Part shown: one piece after another, positions 60,181 through 64,000 of the stretch
Numbering within the stretch: the first letter of the stretch is position 1
Layout: every line of letters begins with the position of its first letter
Source: a virus
Length of the DNA stretch: 64,000 nucleotides
Reading direction: 5' to 3' (one strand)
IMG/VR virus record: IMGVR_UViG_3300046170_000505
Made by a program: the position numbers and the translations under genes
The notes under the pieces: generated by a model
Database searches by the model: none
Told to the model about the DNA's origin: nothing
The model's input: the letters and a program-made list of their open reading frames with translations, nothing else

Positions 60181-61194
60181 ATGGACACTAAAACAGGACA
60201 CCTATTATCTAATAACATTGCTGGTGTAAACAGAATATTACCACACAAGCACAAATATGCTTGGGATCTCTTTTTGAAAAGTTGCGCTAACAACTGGATG
60301 CCAACAGAGATATCAATGCAAAACGATATAAACCAATGGAAAAACAATGAAATCACAGAATCTGAAAAGCTTCTTGTCAAACGTTGTCTTGGATTTTTTG
60401 CTGGGAGCGAGTCTTTGGTTGGTAATAATCTTCTTCTTAGTGCCTTTAGATATATTACTGACGCTGAGTGTCGCCAGTATATCCTTCGTCAAGCGTTTGA
60501 AGAAAGCCTTCACAATTTAACTATTGTTTATGTTTGCGACAGCTTAGACCTCGATATAGATGAAGTCTTTGCCGCCTATCAGAACATTCCAAGCATAAAA
60601 GCTAAAGACGACTTTTTGATGCAAATAACCGATGATATTGGTGCTGAAAATTTTAATCTTGACTCTAAAGAATCAAAGCAAGCTCTACTAAGAAACTTTC
60701 TTACCTACTGGGTTATCTGTGAAGGAACTTTCTTTTTTAGCGGCTTTGCAATGTTGTTAGCTTTGGGCAGACAAAATAAGTTACAAGGAATTTCTGATCA
60801 AATAAAATATACCTTACGCGATGAAAGTTCTCATATTGCTTTTGGTACTTATTTAATTAACACTCTTATTGAGCAAAATCCTGAAATATGGACTCAAGAA
60901 ATTCAAAACGAATTCGTGGATCACATCAAAAAAGCCGTTGATCTTGAAATTGCTTATGCTAAAGACGTTCTTCCTACTGGTATCTTAGGGTTAAATGCTG
61001 ACATGTTTGTCGATTATATGTATTATATAGGAAATCGTCGGCTTGAAGGCATTGGCTTAGATTACCGTTTTCCAAGCGACAAAAACCCTTTTCCTTGGCT
61101 TGGCGAGGTTGTTGATGTACAGGCTATGGGTAATTTCTTTGAGCGCAGGGTAAGAGAATATCAACAAAGTGGTTCTCTAGAAGACGATTTTTAA
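60181..61194 (+). CDS. nrdB: Ribonucleotide reductase beta subunit, class Ic (R2c)-type
   Basis: FFAGSESLVGNN, RQAFEESLHNLTI, EGTFFFSGF, RDESSH, NFFERRVREYQ. Confidence 0.95.
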   Translation: MDTKTGHLLSNNIAGVNRILPHKHKYAWDLFLKSCANNWMPTEISMQNDINQWKNNEITESEKLLVKRCLGFFAGSESLVGNNLLLSAFRYITDAECRQYILRQAFEESLHNLTIVYVCDSLDLDIDEVFAAYQNIPSIKAKDDFLMQITDDIGAENFNLDSKESKQALLRNFLTYWVICEGTFFFSGFAMLLALGRQNKLQGISDQIKYTLRDESSHIAFGTYLINTLIEQNPEIWTQEIQNEFVDHIKKAVDLEIAYAKDVLPTGILGLNADMFVDYMYYIGNRRLEGIGLDYRFPSDKNPFPWLGEVVDVQAMGNFFERRVREYQQSGSLEDDF

Positions 61195-61202
61195 AGTTTT
61201 TT

Positions 61203-61745
61203 ATGGATAAATATAAGTCTAAGCTTTTAAGAAAGCTTAAAGTTGAATGTTCTACTGTAGAAGAAGAACTTTCTCACACAGTTTTACTGTTTAATTCTGC
61301 AACACCCTTGTTTGTTTCTTCAGTTAATTCTTATTGCGATTCCAATTCTTTAAAAAATCCTTTAGATTCATTGGATGAGAAAAACAAAGAAGATGACTTT
61401 GATGAGTTTGGCTCAGGTTTCTACTCTGTATTCAGAAAGATTGTCGTTAAATCTCACCCTGACAAAACAACAGAAGATAAATTAAACTCTTATGTTGGCG
61501 CAACATCAGCCAAAAAAGAAAAGAATATCAATAAATTAATCTCTGTATCTAAAGATTTAAATATAGATCTCAATGAGTTAAGTTACTCCGACATTAAAGA
61601 CATAGAGCTTAGCATAATCAAAACAGAAGAAAAAATAGAGAAGTTAAAAAACAGTTATCCATACATTTGGTATCTTTCATCTGAATCAAAAAAAGATTTC
61701 ATAATAAAGAATTTTGTTAAATATTTTGTGTATCCAGAAAATTAA
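61203..61745 (+). CDS. J-domain-like protein (HPD motif)
   Basis: Internal FRKIVVKSHPDK in a helical protein. Confidence 0.55.
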   Translation: MDKYKSKLLRKLKVECSTVEEELSHTVLLFNSATPLFVSSVNSYCDSNSLKNPLDSLDEKNKEDDFDEFGSGFYSVFRKIVVKSHPDKTTEDKLNSYVGATSAKKEKNINKLISVSKDLNIDLNELSYSDIKDIELSIIKTEEKIEKLKNSYPYIWYLSSESKKDFIIKNFVKYFVYPEN

Positions 61746-61786
61746 TTACTCTTCTTGAAATATTCAATTCCGTGTAATTTATATAC

Positions 61787-61894
61787 ATGGGTCTAATCAT
61801 TAAGAAAGCAGGAATTCTGCTGTTAAAAAAAACAGGACATCTTCTGGTAAAGAAAACTCCTATAACTAGTTGCGGCCCACTTCCAAGTATTTAG
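61787..61894 (+). CDS. 35-aa basic peptide with three hydrophobic-KK repeats
   Basis: MGLIIKKAGILLLKKTGHLLVKKTPITSCGPLPSI. It fills the intergenic gap and is preceded by GTGTA (61772-61776) at 10 nt. Confidence 0.5.
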   Translation: MGLIIKKAGILLLKKTGHLLVKKTPITSCGPLPSI

Positions 61895-61938
61895 AATAAA
61901 ATAAAATATTGTCAAGATTTAAGGTGTATTTATTCTTG

Positions 61939-62187
61939 ATGAAGTTTTTCCAAAACATATACGACAATGCAAATAAATGGCTTGACTCAAAACTTAAAGA
62001 GGTAGAAGAGCAAGAGCGCGAGTTTCAAGTATTCGAAATACAATACGATGAAATCAAAAACCCTAAACCAGACTGGTCTAATGTTTATAAAAATATACCT
62101 GTTTCTTATGAAGAAATGATTAAGTTTGATAAAAATAAAAAAACTGGGTTTTTAAAATCTCCAACTCCTCCAACAGAATCTCTCTGA
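61939..62187 (+). CDS. Hypothetical protein
   Basis: The ATG at 61939 lies 10 nt after GTGTA (61924-61928), so it is preferred over the TTG at 61909. Confidence 0.55.
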   Translation: MKFFQNIYDNANKWLDSKLKEVEEQEREFQVFEIQYDEIKNPKPDWSNVYKNIPVSYEEMIKFDKNKKTGFLKSPTPPTESL

Positions 62188-62188
62188 T

Positions 62189-63319
62189 ATGAGTAAACTA
62201 AAAGTATTACACCTGTCTTCCACAGGTAAGATTTGCGGCATATCTACATATCTTACTAACTTGATTAAACATTTCAATAATGAATGTGAGCATGACCGTT
62301 ATGATATTACAGATAAAGTTGTTATGGCGGACTATAGCAAAGAAAGAATCATTGCTTTTTTTGACGATTTTGTTGATTACTGTAAAGGCTATGATGTTAT
62401 TCACATACAAAATGAATTTGGTTTATTTAATGGCCCTTTTGGTTTAGACTTTTCAATGAAAGTTTTTTACAGAATTTTGTATAAACTAAAAAAAATGGGC
62501 AAAAAAGTATTTACCACCTACCACTCTGAACCTTCTTTTTTAAAGGCTGCTGGTTTATTTAATTTTGAAAATCGAGGCTGCGCAAAGTATTGGAAGAAAA
62601 TGGCTAAGCTTCACACAAAAGAAAACAATATAGCCGCAATTGTTCATACAAAACCTACCGAAGCTATTTTTAAGCAAACAGGTTTTAAGAATATTATCTT
62701 AATACGCCATGGAGTGCTAGAACGACAACTTCCTAAAAATTTTAAGATCAAACAAAAAGAAGATCCAGTCATTTTAGGTATGTTTGGATTTGTAAGCCCT
62801 TATAAAGGGCATGAATTTGCGCTTTCTATACTCGATCTTTTGCCCAGCAACTTTAAACTCTATATTATTGGCGGCAGGCATCCTGCGAGTGAAGGCGAAG
62901 AAATAGGTAGGATATTAATAAAAGCCAACGAAATGGGTTTATCTCAAAGGGTTCTTATTACTGGTTGGACCACTCCCGAAGAAGCAGATATTCATCAATC
63001 TCATTGCGATGTTTGCCTTGTTCCTTATCAAACGACTGAAATTTCTTCTTCTGGCGCTATTACATGGAATCTAACTTCAGGGAAACCTGTTATAGCAAGC
63101 AATATTAGATCTTTTAGAGAAATTAATAATGCTTGCCCAGGCGGAGACCCAATGTTTTTATGTCACCATACTGAACGCGCTGAATGGGTCTGGGCTATAA
63201 AAAGAGTTCTAAACGAACCTAAACTTAGAAACGGCTTAATCGATAATGCCCGCAAATATTGCGACGATTTTTCTTGGACAAACACGTGTAAAAAACATAT
63301 AGAATATTATAAAAAATGA
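62189..63319 (+). CDS. GT4-family glycosyltransferase
   Basis: CGISTY...IHIQNEFG...FGFVSPYKG...DVCLVPY...SSGA...GKPVIASN. Confidence 0.85.
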   Translation: MSKLKVLHLSSTGKICGISTYLTNLIKHFNNECEHDRYDITDKVVMADYSKERIIAFFDDFVDYCKGYDVIHIQNEFGLFNGPFGLDFSMKVFYRILYKLKKMGKKVFTTYHSEPSFLKAAGLFNFENRGCAKYWKKMAKLHTKENNIAAIVHTKPTEAIFKQTGFKNIILIRHGVLERQLPKNFKIKQKEDPVILGMFGFVSPYKGHEFALSILDLLPSNFKLYIIGGRHPASEGEEIGRILIKANEMGLSQRVLITGWTTPEEADIHQSHCDVCLVPYQTTEISSSGAITWNLTSGKPVIASNIRSFREINNACPGGDPMFLCHHTERAEWVWAIKRVLNEPKLRNGLIDNARKYCDDFSWTNTCKKHIEYYKK

Positions 63320-64000
63320 ATAACTTACCATCATCTGATGAAGTTCTAAAGCTTCCTTCTTTTGTTGTTTCTTTAAAAAGAAATGAAGCAAGATTTCTTC
63401 ATACAAAAAAAATATTAAATAAAGCTGGATTCCAAACAGTTCACCCTTTTGAAGCTGTTGACGCAATAGCCGCAAGAGATTCGGAGGACGAGTGGGATCA
63501 AAGAATCCGTCCTTTTGGCGAATTCCTAGGTCTACCTTGGAAGAAAAATGAAGACGGGTCATGGATGAAAGGTGGCGCAGGAGGACCTTTTGGCATGACT
63601 CTATCTCTTCTTACTCTTTGGGGTTGGTTATCTTTATCTAATAAAAAAGGTCTTATGATTTTTGAAGATGACGCTCTACCAAGACCAGATTTTCTAGAAG
63701 TTTTTCCTAAATACTGGAATTCTATAGAACTTGAAGATGTTGACATGGTTTACCTAGGAGGTCAAAAACACCCTAATGATAAAGATCAATATGGATCTGA
63801 AAATGGCTTACATATTAATTGTCCCATGCAATGCCTTCACGCTCATTATATAACAAAAAAGGGAGCTAAGAAAATATTAGATTTCATGCCAGTAATGGGA
63901 GATTTAAGAAGGCGTCACATTGATAAATTTGGTTCTCCTCGATTTTGCCCTATAGATACAACTATTTGTGAAATAGGCAAAAAAAGGGGTATCCTTCATT
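63316..64000 (+). CDS. GT25-family glycosyltransferase (frameshift at A8 near 63405; runs off the window)
   Basis: FVVSLKRNEARF...FEAVDA...MTLSLLTLW...IFEDDA...DMVYLGG...HAHYITKKGAKK. Confidence 0.75.
   Translation, partial: MNNLPSSDEVLKLPSFVVSLKRNEARFLHTKKILNKAGFQTVHPFEAVDAIAARDSEDEWDQRIRPFGEFLGLPWKKNEDGSWMKGGAGGPFGMTLSLLTLWGWLSLSNKKGLMIFEDDALPRPDFLEVFPKYWNSIELEDVDMVYLGGQKHPNDKDQYGSENGLHINCPMQCLHAHYITKKGAKKILDFMPVMGDLRRRHIDKFGSPRFCPIDTTICEIGKKRGILH

Noticed and set aside
1-64000. Alternative genetic code, tRNA genes, integrase or contractile sheath
   Set aside because: Long ORFs read through with the standard code and end in TAA, TAG or TGA. I recognised no tRNA, integrase or sheath gene by eye.

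Overview
This window is an AT-rich segment of a large tailed dsDNA phage genome, probably a siphovirus with a lambda/T5-like long-tail gene set. Bases 1-42.7 kb (+ strand) form a tail module: two tail-tube paralogs, a 2439-aa Ig/InlB-repeat fibre, a 5051-aa tape measure protein (TMP), two more tube-fold proteins, and lambda-type M, L, K and I-J tip proteins. Bases 42.7-50.4 kb (- strand) encode a Rad52-like annealase, glycosyltransferases, SSB and a sigma-70-family factor. Bases 50.6-64 kb (+ strand) encode more glycosyltransferases, GDP-mannose dehydratase, a ribonucleotide reductase with a tyrosine-less (class Ic-type) small subunit, a NUDIX hydrolase, two papain-fold proteins and a J-domain-like protein. 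The main finding is inside the TMP. About 2200 aa (13.76-20.34 kb) form an array of unrelated 70-380 aa modules, each bounded by a recurring S-x-G-L-[IV]-P-N-F linker. Recognisable modules include an R-S-E ADP-ribosyltransferase, a kinase-fold domain and two PD-(D/E)xK nuclease-like domains. I infer a virion-packaged, ejected and probably proteolytically released effector polyprotein with exchangeable cassettes. Other patterns are a GTGTA motif at fixed distance from start codons, a shared acidic 'LLxEDG' peptide in many tail proteins, and a tiny basic peptide that mirrors it. Many genes after 46.9 kb are broken by +1 homopolymer indels, which are probably sequencing errors. All assignments come from reading motifs by eye; no database searches were run.
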